This document shows, one piece after another, positions 32,874-45,250 of a stretch of 64,000 bases of DNA (its first letter is position 1; every line of letters starts with the position of its first letter). The DNA lies in assembly GCA_044892505.1 (NCBI GenBank), contig CM097882.1, forward strand, positions 377,456,001 through 377,520,000, read 5' to 3'. The position numbers and the translations under genes are program-made. Origin of the DNA: Schmidtea nova. Lineage: Eukaryota. A model generated the notes under the pieces. That model did no database searches. It saw nothing but the letters and a program-made list of their open reading frames with translations, and had not been told where the DNA came from.

Positions 32874-33369
32874 ATGGATAACCTTAGACAAGTAATTGAT
32901 GCAATTACCGAGCAGCTTTTACAACGACCCATCAGATTACTAGAAGGGAAAATCAATCGTTAAATACTAGAGATAGACGAATTGCGGCGGACATGGTTTA
33001 GTCCGGCTGCAATGAAGGAAGTGTTGCTATGGAACGATAGAATGAAGCAGGCCCTAGAAGGACAAATAGCAGAGCTCTCTGCCACTAGACTAGAACTAAA
33101 CCAATGTTTAAGATCCGTCTCGGATGATTTTGTAGAAAGGTACCTGAAGGAACAAATACTCTCTAGCACTTTTGACTGGTGGGTACCGAAAAAAGGTCAC
33201 GACGATAGAAACCCAAACCGAAGAAGCGATGCCCATTGTACCAGCCTCGATAGACAAAGAAATTCCATCCACTTGTTCAGTGTTGGAAAAACCCAAGAAG
33301 AGGAATAGGCTATGGGCGAAAAGACGGAGAAAGACGGACTTTCGCGGAAAGGATGAACATCGAAGTTGA
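32874..33369 (+). pseudogene. Decayed coiled-coil ORF, family Y copy 1, with a basic tail
   Basis: ATG directly after TTTTCAG; in-frame TAA at 32961; LEIDEL...FSPAAMKE...AELSATRLEL similar to 40674 and 44741. Confidence 0.55.
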
Positions 33370-35906
33370 TCTTCTGAGTTGTCAATCCGAACGAAAATTA
33401 ATAAACGTGATTAACATCAATGTGTTTTAGACTGATTAAATGTATTTTTATGTCTTACGAACTTAAGGAATTAATGATAATAATGATGTAGAGTATGATG
33501 AAATATAAATCTAATTAAACATATAATACATGAGGATACTAGATAAATCATTAAGTAGGTCAGAATGAACCCTTAGGGGCGATAGGGAATAGTTATCGCG
33601 AGGAAGCTCATCTGCCCTATTAACCTACACCGGCCAGTACATTACCAACGTGATAAGCAATTAGGGGTGAGTCACAGGTACTAGCGCGGGGTTATCGTTT
33701 TTATGTTGGTGGGGTTGCCTTAATCAGTCCATCAAGTAAACCCCAAGTTAAAGAACATCCACCAACACAAGAACATTAACTCATTTCAGTCGTAGTTGGT
33801 CAAAGTGAAATTCAGTGAAATTCAGTGTCAATCAGATTTTACGAGTGATATCCTTAAGATAATCTACCCAAAAAGAAAATAGTATATTTGTTTCAAAGTA
33901 GTAAAAAGAATGTGTTCTTTGTCGAATAAATTTTTAATTGGTTGGGTCTTTGTTGTTATCTAAATGGAACGAGGAATCAGCCAAAATTAAGTCCTATCGA
34001 AATTCTAATAACCCAACAATATCAATTTCGATTTGAAATAAACTACTTGTTTTTCAAACATTTGATGAATTCCGTTTCTTCTCTCCATTTTTTGATAAAT
34101 AACTCTTGGGCTTTGTCAAATATTTCTTTGTTTTGTGATAATAAAATTTACTGATAACAACATACTGTCAGTTTCTGACCAAAGTTTTAAAAATACTTAC
34201 CAAGGGAAAAGAGAGAAATTAAAAATTATCAACAATATTGTTTAGAAAATGAAGGTCAAAATAATAAGGATGAGGAAGGAAAAATAATCTGATTTGATGG
34301 CAGTTTTTAAACCTATTTTCGCTATACTTTCTTAATGATAAATGTAAAACAAATTTGTCATGGTCAAAATATTCGATTTTTCGAAATAAATTCTTTTTAT
34401 TTTTACAAAAATTAAATTATTATTTATGCATAAAATTTTATTAAAGTTTCGAATAAATTTATTTTTATTTAAAAATTTTAATATTGATCAAAGTTTTTAC
34501 TAGTTTAACAAAATTTTTAAAATTTTATTCAAATCATTTTTCTTTTACATTTTATCATTTATTTTAATATAAATCGAAAGATCTTTGCGTAAAACATTTG
34601 AATTTTTCCTAATTTTGTGGTTAATTTTCTGTAATTAGTATTTTTTGTTATTTTTGTGTTTTTCAAGTCTTTACTTAATGCGTTTTGGTCGTTATAATTT
34701 TTAAATGTGTTTTAATTAAATAATAATGTGTTTCTGTAGTTAATTTTCTTTACTTTGTGTTATCTGCTAGTATTTTAAGTTTACTTGCGCGATCTCTACA
34801 TGCCGTATTACAGCTACAATAAAACAAAACCTAGTTGGGTTTAGTTTTTGCCCAATAAAAGCAATTATAAAATCTGGGAACAATTATGTCAATGGTATAC
34901 TGAGATTATAAAATGGAATTACAATTATCAGATAAAGAAATATGAGCAAATGACGGAACAAGTTCAAAGTTTATTTATGATATATTTATTTTATTACAGA
35001 TAATGACTAATAGAACAAGATGGAGTCTCAGTAAGTTCTGAGACCACCCGAGAAGAATGTATGGGAAATTAAACCAGCCGAATTTAGACATGCAAGGTAT
35101 ATGGTTCTCTGCACAGAGTCTTCAGCACAAAGAAAAATGGTTTATTGGTAGTAGCCCAGGAGTGGCACTTTGAAGTAGAAGCCACTAACAAGAACGTACC
35201 TTGATTCATCATATTGTTGTAGAAGTGAAGTTAAAATTTGGTGTAAATGCGTCGAAAAAATAAAAACACGCAAAAAGAGGCAATAACAGATAACACATAA
35301 CAGCATTAAACACAAAAAAGCACAAAAGTATATAGAATATTGAAACATAAATAATAGGAATGTGAACCGCAATTCATAAGTCGGTCAAGTTATGGATAGA
35401 ACGATAAAAAATAGGCATTTCAAAAGAGCACACGATTTGAGTGCAGGTAAAATTTACAAGCAAAAAACCGCACAAGAATTTAATAAGGAAGATCTTTGCA
35501 AATAATATGATTGAAGAATAAAATTGATATTAGAATAAAGAGAATAATTTATTAAAAAATATAGAAGAAATCCCCATTAAAATATCTTTAAAATTACAGA
35601 GATTGGAACAAAAATAGGAAAATTTGATCATTTAATGAATTATGGCGCACAAAATGACGCCATATTAAATACATAAATAATTTAGTAGAATTAAAAATAA
35701 ATATTTGGAAAATAAATAAAAAAAATTATAAAGCTTAAACTTAAACAAATAAATTATTTATTTTGTTGGGATCATGCTTAGATAAGCATGAAATAAAATA
35801 TGAATTAAAACTATATGCAAATCAATGAAAAACACAAAATCAAAAATATTATATTTAAAGTTCAAAAATTAATTAAAAATATGAAAAATTAACATATGGC
35901 GGGGGA

Positions 35907-36215
35907 GGTACCCCGACAAAATAGCCCAGTCAAAAAAAGTCACGTTAAAATTGCTCAATGTAACTATAGCCGACAAAAGAGCCCCGTCGAAAACGCCCAA
36001 TATTTATGTCATAAATTACATAATTTATTTAAATACATTTTATATTAAACATTTTTTTAAATGTAAAAGAACAATGCTGTATAAATTAATGATGTTATAG
36101 CTACTTACAATAAATCTTGTAGAGCTATTTTGACGGGGCTATTTTGTCTTGAGCTATTCTGTTGGCAAGCTATTTTGAAGGGGCTTTTTTTACGTGACTA
36201 TTTTGACGGGTCACC
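35907..36215. mobile_element. Non-autonomous DNA transposon (MITE, ~310 bp) with CAAAATAGCCC subterminal repeats
   Basis: Imperfect TIRs GGTACCCCGACAAAATAG / CTATTTTGACGGGTCACC; multiple inverted AAAATAGC units; possible GGGGA TSD. Confidence 0.6.
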
Positions 36216-36231
36216 GGGGAGAAATTGGTAT

Positions 36232-37301
36232 TGTTGAGGATACCTAAATAACAAATTTATGAATAAATAAATAAAACTACCTGGGGGAAAATCGTCATGA
36301 CGAAGGAGACGGATAATGGGAACACGGAAAAGAAAACGGAAATAAAAAGAAATGAGAAATTAGAAAGAGGAATCAGAAAAAATAAATCAGACAAGAAAAC
36401 AACAACAAAGGTCAGCATTAATTTATTAATACAAAAGGAAAAGGAATTTCAAAATCGGGAAAAACAGAAACGACAACAATGTACTTATCTCGACAGCTTG
36501 TCAGAGATAACGAAAAAGAAAAGAAAACAGGCGGGCAGCAAAAAGGAGAAATAGAGAATATCTTGACAGCTGTCAGAGATAACTCTGCTGCAGAAAAAAA
36601 GTCGAGGAATTATGTGGAGGAAAATGGGAAATGAGAGATAAACTTAAATGACAGAAAGTGGCAATGTATAAAAGGAGGAAGCGCAGCAGAAGCAGTCAGA
36701 ATATTGTTAGAGAGAACTTTTTAGAGGAGAAAATTGTTTAAGGGAAAAGTTTAGGGAAACAATTTAGAGGCAGAATATTTGCGGGAAAATACTTGTAGCA
36801 GAGTATTTAAGTCAGGGGAAAACAGAAGATAATACGACGATATTTATTTTGGAGAAATTGAAGAGAATCGTGAAGAAATTCGAAGCAGAAAAACTTAAAT
36901 AGATAAATTTAAAGAAGAGTTAAAAGGAGAATCAGAAACAAAGGGATAATCAGCAGGAGCTTGTTCAGTTAATAACTGAGTAAAGTTCGACGTAAATCCA
37001 AGTCAAACCAAGAAACCAACCAGTTAAATTACCTATTGTTATACTCCTCCGTGGTGAGTGATTATTTGAACCAATATTATACGCGAGTGCTATTCTTCAC
37101 CATCGTGTTGTAATAAGCACTGTATAATCAGCTGTTAAACTGTTGAATTTTGGTCACTTCAGTGTAAATTAAAAATATTTTCGATATTTAATAAAGTTTT
37201 CAGTGTTAATTGTTATTTGTGGGTCAATTAAAAGCACGCTTTGGAGTCAGATATTGGATTGGTAACTTTTACCATTTCACCAACAACCCAATAACCCAAC
37301 A
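36232..37301 (+). mobile_element. Solo LTR (1070 bp), family B
   Basis: TGTTG...AACCCAACA with 4-bp TSD GTAT at 36228-36231 and 37302-37305. Confidence 0.85.
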
Positions 37302-37589
37302 GTATATACGGATGGCAATTGAGGAGATGAGTATAAATATGATATTATAATATCAATGAAGGTTCCTCAGAAAAATATATTCAATAAATAGAAATTAATT
37401 AAAAATTAATGAATAATTTATTAGTTATGTAGAAAATCCGAATCAATGGGAATTCCGTGTGCATGGAAAACCCGAGCTAGGGGAGAGCTCGAGCAAGGGG
37501 AGAGCCCGAGCAAGGGGAAACCCGAGATGAAATTAAATTACGAAAAGCGATGATCGAGTAGATCTAATTATAACAAATAAATAAATAAT

Positions 37590-37633
37590 TATTTATTAAA
37601 ATAAACAATTTAAATATTAGAATAAATATATAA

Positions 37634-37664
<31 letters not shown>

Positions 37665-39131
37665 CTTGTTTTAATGAAAAATGAGTAAGTGTCACACAAA
37701 AGAACAGTATAAATAGACGCTGAAAAGTCATAATTTTAACTGTAGCTTTGACATTAACTTCTACTTTTGCTGATAGACATCTGAAGATTTGTGAATCACT
37801 CTACCAGCCAGCACCAGTTATTTGTATTTAGTGATTCAAGCGGAACGATTGGTACAAGTATGTTTTATTTATTTTTGTGGTGTAAATTGTGATTGTATGA
37901 TTTTGTATTATGATTAATAAATATTTTTGAAACATAATCGTGTTTGTTTTCTTTTGCTCTGTTTCAATTTGATTCTTCCTAATTAAAATGATTTTAGGAG
38001 AGGCTCTGTTGGCTCATAAGTCACGAGTCCTCGATAGTTAGAAGTGTTTGAATAGAATAATTGTTTATTTCGTACCGTCGTATCATTAAATTATATAGGA
38101 TGGCGAGGAAATAATTGGAATTTAGGTGTGTTATTTAGACATTTTTTGGGTATAAATAGATGTAGATTTTTAAATAAAATAGAGTAAGGATATAGAAAGT
38201 TAAGAATTGATAAATTCAGAGGACTTTTGGATGTAGAAAGTATTTAGACGCATAAGACCTTCTATTGGCAGCAGGATTAACAAGCCGGGAGTTGTGCTAG
38301 CATAGATGCTCATTTGCCGACTTGCATTCGACTGTCGTATACAGCACCAACTTGTATATAGGGAAGTATTTACGGAAATACGCACAGGAAACATGTATCT
38401 GTGGTGACGTGACTCTAGATCTGAAAACAATAATAAATTGAAAACACCACATCCTACCAATAATTTATTAAAATAAATATATAAATTAAATTATAAACAT
38501 TCTTATTTAATGAACAAAATACGTAGGTGTCACACAAAAATAGTATAAATAGACGTTGAAAAACCATAATAAAACTAACTAATGAACTAACTAAGACTAC
38601 TTTTACTTTTGCAAGAAGACGTGTGTTAATTTTGATCAGCCAGTAGCACCAATATCAATCCATTTTGTTCAGTCTTGTGTAACAAATCGATCATATATGT
38701 TTTATGTTTTATTTGGTTAACCTGTAATTTACAATTGTTAAAAATTATTTTGAATTATAATTTTGTTTTTTAAAATATTATTTTGCTCTATATCGTTTGA
38801 TTTTCTTGATTCAACTGATTTTCGATTCACCAGTCACGAGTTCCCGATCGGTTTGAGGATCTTGAACCGAATATTTGGATCGAGTCTTCTGACCATTGTA
38901 ATATTAAATTTTATAAATTGGTTAGGGTAAAGAAAATAAATCGGTGTTATTCAGATATTTTTGGAAATAAATAGGCTTAGATCTTAAATATCATAAAGCG
39001 AGGTTATAGAAAGTTAGGAATTGATAAATTAAGAGGACCTTTGAAAGTGTTGGGTATTTGCGATGTTTAGTCGGTGCTGTTAGTCTGACTCCTCGGTGTT
39101 CTTTAAATTTGATTCAATAAAATAACCCAAC
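37590..39131 (+). repeat. Two diverged tandem copies of an LTR 3' half (TATA through U5)
   Basis: GTGTCACACAAAA..AGTATAAATAGACG, AGTCACGAG and ATAGAAAGTTA.GAATTGATAAATT recur about 840-870 bp apart. The second copy ends AACCCAACA at 39131. Confidence 0.7.
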
Positions 39132-39873
39132 ACAGAAGAATTTATTTGTAACAATCACACTTTTTGACACACTAAGTCTCTTTAAAATTTCACAATAACT
39201 TTTATCACTGCTTCTCCGACTTCGCGTAGGGATAAGTCTCCCCAAGGAAGATCTCCCTTCTGGTACGCTGGAATAATAAATTTGGTTTGGAACTTTTCAA
39301 ATATCGCTCTTAACTCCTCGCTTGCTAAATTCACTTACTCTTGCTTCGACCATTCTGGCAAACTTTAGTATTTGTCGTTCCCTTTTATACTGCTTCTGAT
39401 GATTGGTTTCCCACTTCGCTGCAGCTGTCTAATGGTAGTACGATTTGACGTTTTAATTTTCCATCTGTCGGTTACTCTCCGGGTCTCCTCCAAAGTTATT
39501 TTTCTCAGGAATTATTACCTGTCATATTGCTTGTCCGGGTTTCCCACACTCTTCGGGTTCTCCATTGTCTCGGGTTTCCCATTAGCTCGGGCTTTCCATT
39601 AGCCAATTAATTATTAATTAATATTTTAATTTGTTAATTCTTTTCTTCTGGGGACCCCCCATTAATTTTATATGCCAATATCTGAATTCTTCTCATCATT
39701 TGGCATCCTCCCATACCAATTTCCCCCTCTAAATCTTTATTTTTGAATTTTATAAATTTTTAATTAACGTTTGCATTTTAATTAATTATTTTTCCAAATT
39801 TCGTATTTTATCGATTTGCACATAGTTTTTTGCTTTTTAATTTTAATTTTCTATTTATTTAACAACCCCAACA
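39132..39873 (-). mobile_element. LTR family A copy, minus strand, 3'-truncated
   Basis: Reverse strand starts TGTTGGGGTT at 39873 and is collinear with 51305-51700, including GGGGGAAATTGGTAT and the GGGAAACCCGAG array. Confidence 0.7.
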
Positions 39874-40673
39874 AAAGTAAATGGTAGTTATGAGCGTGAG
39901 ATTTTTTATCGGCAACAGGAACCCGTAAGAGAGAATTCATTGAGGAGTAGTTTTGGCAACGAAGCTCACCTGCTCATTTAATTCTCGCACCACTGTGTAC
40001 ATTACTAACATAGATTACCAAGGAATAACTATGGATACACAATGAGGACGATTTTTCATGGTAACCATAACACCAGAAACCACAATTTTTAACAATTCAT
40101 ATGCCAACAGTATGTCAGGAGATTTCAGGAACAATTATCGAGAAGATCGATTATGACCCCACTAAGACCCTACCCATGGAAGAATTCCAAATACGAGACC
40201 GAGCTGTGTTTCTCAATCGCAAACCTTGATAAATAGTTAAAGAAAAGTAGCAGAGCGTTATGCTAGATGGACCATTTGCCAAAATAGTTGGACTATATAG
40301 TTGAAAAATAAATGTTTATAGTAGTAAAATAACTTTTCAGTATCTTAGTGAAAATGATCAAGTGTAATTCACATTTTATTCGATTTAATTATAATAATGT
40401 TGGTTCATTTATTTTTGGAAAATGTCAACTGAAAATTGAATTAGCTGTTGGAGAAATTCGAATACTAATAGAAAGAGAAAGAGATAGATCTACGATATGG
40501 AGTGATAGGTAAGTGTTTTACTTTCTAACATAATAAAGAGTATTGATTTTAGATAATGTGTAGAGGCTAGATAAATGTATATTTTATAATCTAGAATATG
40601 GCACCTGCAATAAATGGTATAAATTTAATTGTTCAAAACAAAAATCGCATCGGCTCATTAAGATCTTCTCAAG

Positions 40674-40955
40674 TTGGAGAACAGAATAGTGGAGATTGAC
40701 AAGTCTAACTTCCTACCCCAATTCTTTAAGGAACTATGTCAGAAAATCAATCGCATGTTGGCCGACTTGAGTGGCACCAAGCTGGAATTGAGTAAAGTAA
40801 TTAGCCCTATGAATACAGCAAATACAGCAAACGGAGACCCACTCGATTGCAGTGCCATCCGAACCGGTCAAAGGGACAACGAGCAACCAAGCTCCAATAG
40901 TCAAACTCAGCAAATGATCGGCAGTGAAAACGTGAGGGGAGAGAGCGGAAAATAA
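40674..40955 (+). pseudogene. Family Y coiled-coil ORF fragment, copy 2
   Basis: VEIDKSNFLPQFFKELCQKINRMLADLSGTKLELSK versus copy 1 AELSATRLELNQ. Confidence 0.5.
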
Positions 40956-42182
40956 AAAAAGGAATGTTACCCGAAGTGGATTGCCTGTGTAACTGATGAA
41001 AGATGATCTTGTAATGACTATATCGCAATTTTGAGATGAAGTTTTATTATAATGTATTTGTCGTATATATTTAAATTATAGTTGTAAGTGATGAACTTTG
41101 TTTTTTTAGTAATTACGTATTGAAAGAAATTATTGTCTAGACAGTTTTGGCATAAATTCTTATGGTTTGTCTTGAAGAGGAGTGTTTGGTCGAGGAAATA
41201 CCTAAAATCAGGCAAATATTAAATAAGAATTACCGAAAACACCAAACCAATAGGCAGAATTATCCAATAAAAGCTAAAGAACCTCGATATAAATAATACA
41301 AAGAAATAATAAACGTAACAAACCTACCCAATTGCAAATAACAATAAATATTTAAAAGCCAACGGGATAGAAGCGAATCTACCATAAGATAAATTATAAA
41401 AATTAAAAATTAAATAAAAGTACTTGTCATTAATTCATTGACCAAACTTCGACCCATGAAAAAGGATATCTAGAACAGTCCATCATTTAAAAAAACAAAT
41501 AAACAATAATTTACCAATAAAAATGGATGGAACTAATTCTGATTGGTTGATCTAGAACCAAAAACCGTATAAATACCGTAGGTAAAATCATTAGAAAACC
41601 ACCCAAAAAACCCCGCGGCAAGAGACCCACAACACAAACAAAAATTTTTATATTTTCACTATACATTCCGATTGCGATTATTGATTTGAAACAACTTTGC
41701 AGTACTAGTGTTGAGGTCCAAGATTTTTAGATCTCAACGTGCACTGGTGTAGACTATCGTATATAAAAATAAGATCAAGTCTTTTGAAAAATTTATTCAA
41801 TAATAAAATTTACCAAATTTAAAAATCAAAAGTTCTCAATTACTCTAAAAGTTACCAATTACACTTTCAAATCAAAAACTATCAATTACGCTTTCAAATT
41901 TTCACACTGTTTTATTTAAAGGATATTTTTTTGCGCGTCCTATTGTGTGCTTGTTATTTAGTGAATGTATTATGTTTATTTTAACGATAACAATTTCGTG
42001 TTGAACGTTTTTGTGCTGTTCGTAAATTTTAAGTTCTCTCAGGATTACCCTTTGAGAAAGTTTGTTTCGCTAAATTTTATTGAAATTGAATTTCAAAAAT
42101 TGTGGGCAAATTTTAAAAAATTTCCCTTCTTTATATACTAAAGTTTTTCGTACTAGTTATTAAAATAATTAAAATAATTTCA

Positions 42183-42650
42183 AACGATTAAAACAATTTT
42201 CAGAATGTTGACTCGCTACAAAATAATTAAAATAATTTATCTATTTTTCCAACAATTAAAACAATTTCCAGAATGTTGACTCGCTACAAAATAATTAAAA
42301 TAATTTATCTATTTTTCCAACAATTATATCGGTTGAAATAAAATAATTTCAACATCCATTAAAATAAAATATTTCATTAAAAAGTGCATAAACATTAATA
42401 ATGATTTTTTTAAATTATATACATTTAAAAGAATAAAAAGTACATACATATTAATAATAATTTTCTAAATTATATACATAATATAACGCATTCTCAACTA
42501 AAATAATAATATCCAATGTCAAATATTTACACTAGAATTAAAATATATACAAGAAATAACATTCCCAATAATAATATCAAATGTTGATCAAATATTAAAT
42601 ATCAAATGTCGATCAAATATTAAATATCAAATGTCGATCAAATATCAAAT
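42183..42650 (+). repeat. Short tandem repeats: 68 bp x2 (~42183-42327) and 25 bp x3 (~42575-42650)
   Basis: CAGAATGTTGACTCGCTACAAAAT occurs twice; ATCAAATGTCGATCAAATATTAAAT occurs three times. Confidence 0.85.
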
Positions 42651-44009
42651 GGATGTTGATATCCTGGTTGGTGCTTGGATTGATTGTGCACTGGGTACTG
42701 ATTGATATTGGGTTCTGTTTCTTTTTGAATATTGGTCTTATCGACAGGCTCTGCATAAATGTTCACTCTGTATTTGTTGCCCCCCACACTATAATTTTCT
42801 GATAGGAGGAATGTATTGATGGGCTTACCTTCATCATCCAAAACTAGTGATTTGTACTTTGCCTTTATTTTTAATATTTATGAGTAAATCCTAATGAAAC
42901 TTTCTATAGCCCTAAAAATCATAAATAGGTGCGTCCTATGTGGTGTAACGCCGTAAGGGGGGAAAGTCGTATGGTTGGGGCTTTCATAGTTTCATTGTAT
43001 GTTGAGTTACAAATTACAAAATTTAATGGTTATGGGAACGGGACAGGAGAGGAGTGAACATGGGAGGAACCAAAAGTGTTTTTTTTTATTTATTGCTACT
43101 AAATCCAATATTGTCCCACCGGGTAGAATGATAATAATTTCGTTATCATGAATCCAACTACGCTCATAGCAGCGCCACAGGGCAGAACGAGTTAATGCAT
43201 TTTAGAGTTTCATGCCACAGAGCTAAGTGTAATCCCATTGCTTTATCACAAGCAAATCAAACATGTATAGATTCATAAAATATGGAGTTTCCACCTGGTG
43301 TACAACAAAAGCAGTCAACAAGTTTTATCCATCCAACTATCGAACTACCAAAAAGTCACAATCAGATATTCCTTCAGAGAATTTCACGACAGTTTTTGAC
43401 ACGGGATGTCAGCATCTTACCCGTTAACATTGGGAATGAATTCGTGAACCAACATATTTAGTAGGGTGAGAGAGTCGAACCTATTCTCAAATAGTCAAAT
43501 ACCATTGAGTGAACATAATAAATTTCCTCTTCCATGAGATCCACCGGGACAACTGAAGTCGATTACATACGAAACACAGGCACGACGAGTAGCACCCAGA
43601 GTGTGAGTCCCAAACCATCAACAACCTGGATCCTAGAAGGTCTCAATGGACATAATTTAATTATGCGACATCCAGCCGTTGCGAGAGTTAATAAAATCAA
43701 ATTGTCTTCCTATAACTGCTATAGAACCGAAATTGGCTGAATTATCATACACAGTAAAACTCAAATTAATGCCTTACAAAATATAGTGTTAGAATCCACA
43801 GTTCGACTTGCAGAACATGGACTATGTTCGAAAACTGATGTAGACAAAATACGCATTAACAATTGAAACTGTGAGATCAGTGCATGACAACTGATCCACC
43901 GAAAATCGGGAAAATCAATGCAACGTAAACAAAGTCGTTAAATCGAATTTATATTTAGATAAAATCATACGTTCAAATGAATCTAGAGGAAGGGACTCAC
44001 AAAATATAA

Positions 44010-44510
44010 ATGGAACGAGAAATGAACACTCCCAAGTTAAAAGTCAGACAGAGAATGGAGCCTCAATGCCGCAGAGTCCTGGGCCCTCTGAAGGACTTTC
44101 CGACCAAAATATGTCGAAAGATTGATGAAGGAATAAGGAGGTGGCGGGCCGAGCTCAAAACCCGATGGCCATACTCAATTTGGGAGATAGGCGGACGTGA
44201 CGACATATGATCCAGGTGAGCACCAAGATGACCAATCAATCCGGATCTGAACTATACTCCTCAATTCACCCGTTGGTTCGCTGTCTTGAAGGATACATTG
44301 GGTCGACCGAACAAGTTAGTATATTGAGGATTCATTCCAAAGCAAGCCTTCAACGAGCTTGGATTCTTGCATATTGATTTTCCTCGCCCCCTCAGAGACT
44401 CTCAGAAATCAACCTTACACATGGGGAAATACAAATCGACGAGGATAGACCCAAGATGTATATCAATCAAGGATGGCATAAAAATCCACCGAGTATTTGT
44501 TTCCAAGTCT
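44010..44510 (+). pseudogene. Decayed unknown ORF, family X copy 2
   Basis: RWFAVLKDTLGRPNKLVY*GFIPKQAFNELGFLHIDFPR; upstream SIWEIG versus copy 1 TIWDLA. Confidence 0.6.
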
Positions 44511-44740
44511 ATGTTATGCGTAATTTAAAGAACCTAAGCTATGCACTCGTCTTGTTTTAATCAATAGATTGTTGTGTAACGAGTTAATTCCATTTATTTA
44601 AATATCTACATTACGAATAATTCTGAACTTATTACGTTTATCCGTTGACTAAAAATGCGCGACGGTAAGTAGAAATCGAATCATTTCTTTTGTTTCGCTA
44701 GTAGTAACTTATAATAACTTAGCTTTTATCGTTATTAAGT

Positions 44741-45250
44741 ATGCCAACGGAATCCAAGAAGACAATTCCCCTCAAATGCGACTGTAAAAAGAAATATATG
44801 AAACTCGTAGTGTCTCGGCTATCAGTACAAAAATTTGAAATGGATAGACTCTATTTATCACCGACGAAAATGAAGGCGCAACTTCAGCGTATAGAACGAG
44901 CAAAAGGGACAATTGTAGAGATTCATCTCGAGTTAGATGCCTTAAAAATCTCGACCTGAAGAACTGCTTAAATCAAGTAACGAAGTCGTTTGTGGAGAGG
45001 CAACTGAAATCCCTCATTCGATCAATCACGTACCACAAATGGGCCTGAACCAAAGCCATATCCAGTTTTAAGTAATCCGATAGAATCACTTCTACCGTCA
45101 AATCTACGGTAGTTCCTTCACAGGTCTCCCAGCGACCAGATGTTGAAAGTACCTTTCGTTTAAATATAAAGAGAAAAAGACTTGGCTCAAGGAGCCGCCG
45201 ACAGAAAAAGGCTTTCAAGGAACGGCTATCATTACAAGTGGACAAGCTAA
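44741..45250 (+). pseudogene. Family Y coiled-coil ORF, copy 3, with a basic tail
   Basis: FEMDRLYLSPTKMKAQLQRIERAKGTIVEIHLEL aligns without gaps to copy 2. Tail KRKRLGSRSRRQKKAF versus copy 1 KKRNRLWAKRRRKTDF. Confidence 0.5.

Larger units (their letters stand above)
35764..37560 (+). mobile_element. LTR family A, 5' part, interrupted by a MITE and a solo LTR
   Basis: Starts TGTTGGG. ACTATATGCAAATC, AAGTTCAAAAATTAATTAAAA, GGGGGA..AAATTGGTAT and the GGGAAACCCGAG array are collinear with 51305-52076 once the inserts are removed. Confidence 0.65.

Noticed and set aside
42638-42841. 67-aa ORF with coding-like composition
   Set aside because: No recognisable motif or paralogue in the window; the C-terminus runs into a tandem repeat.
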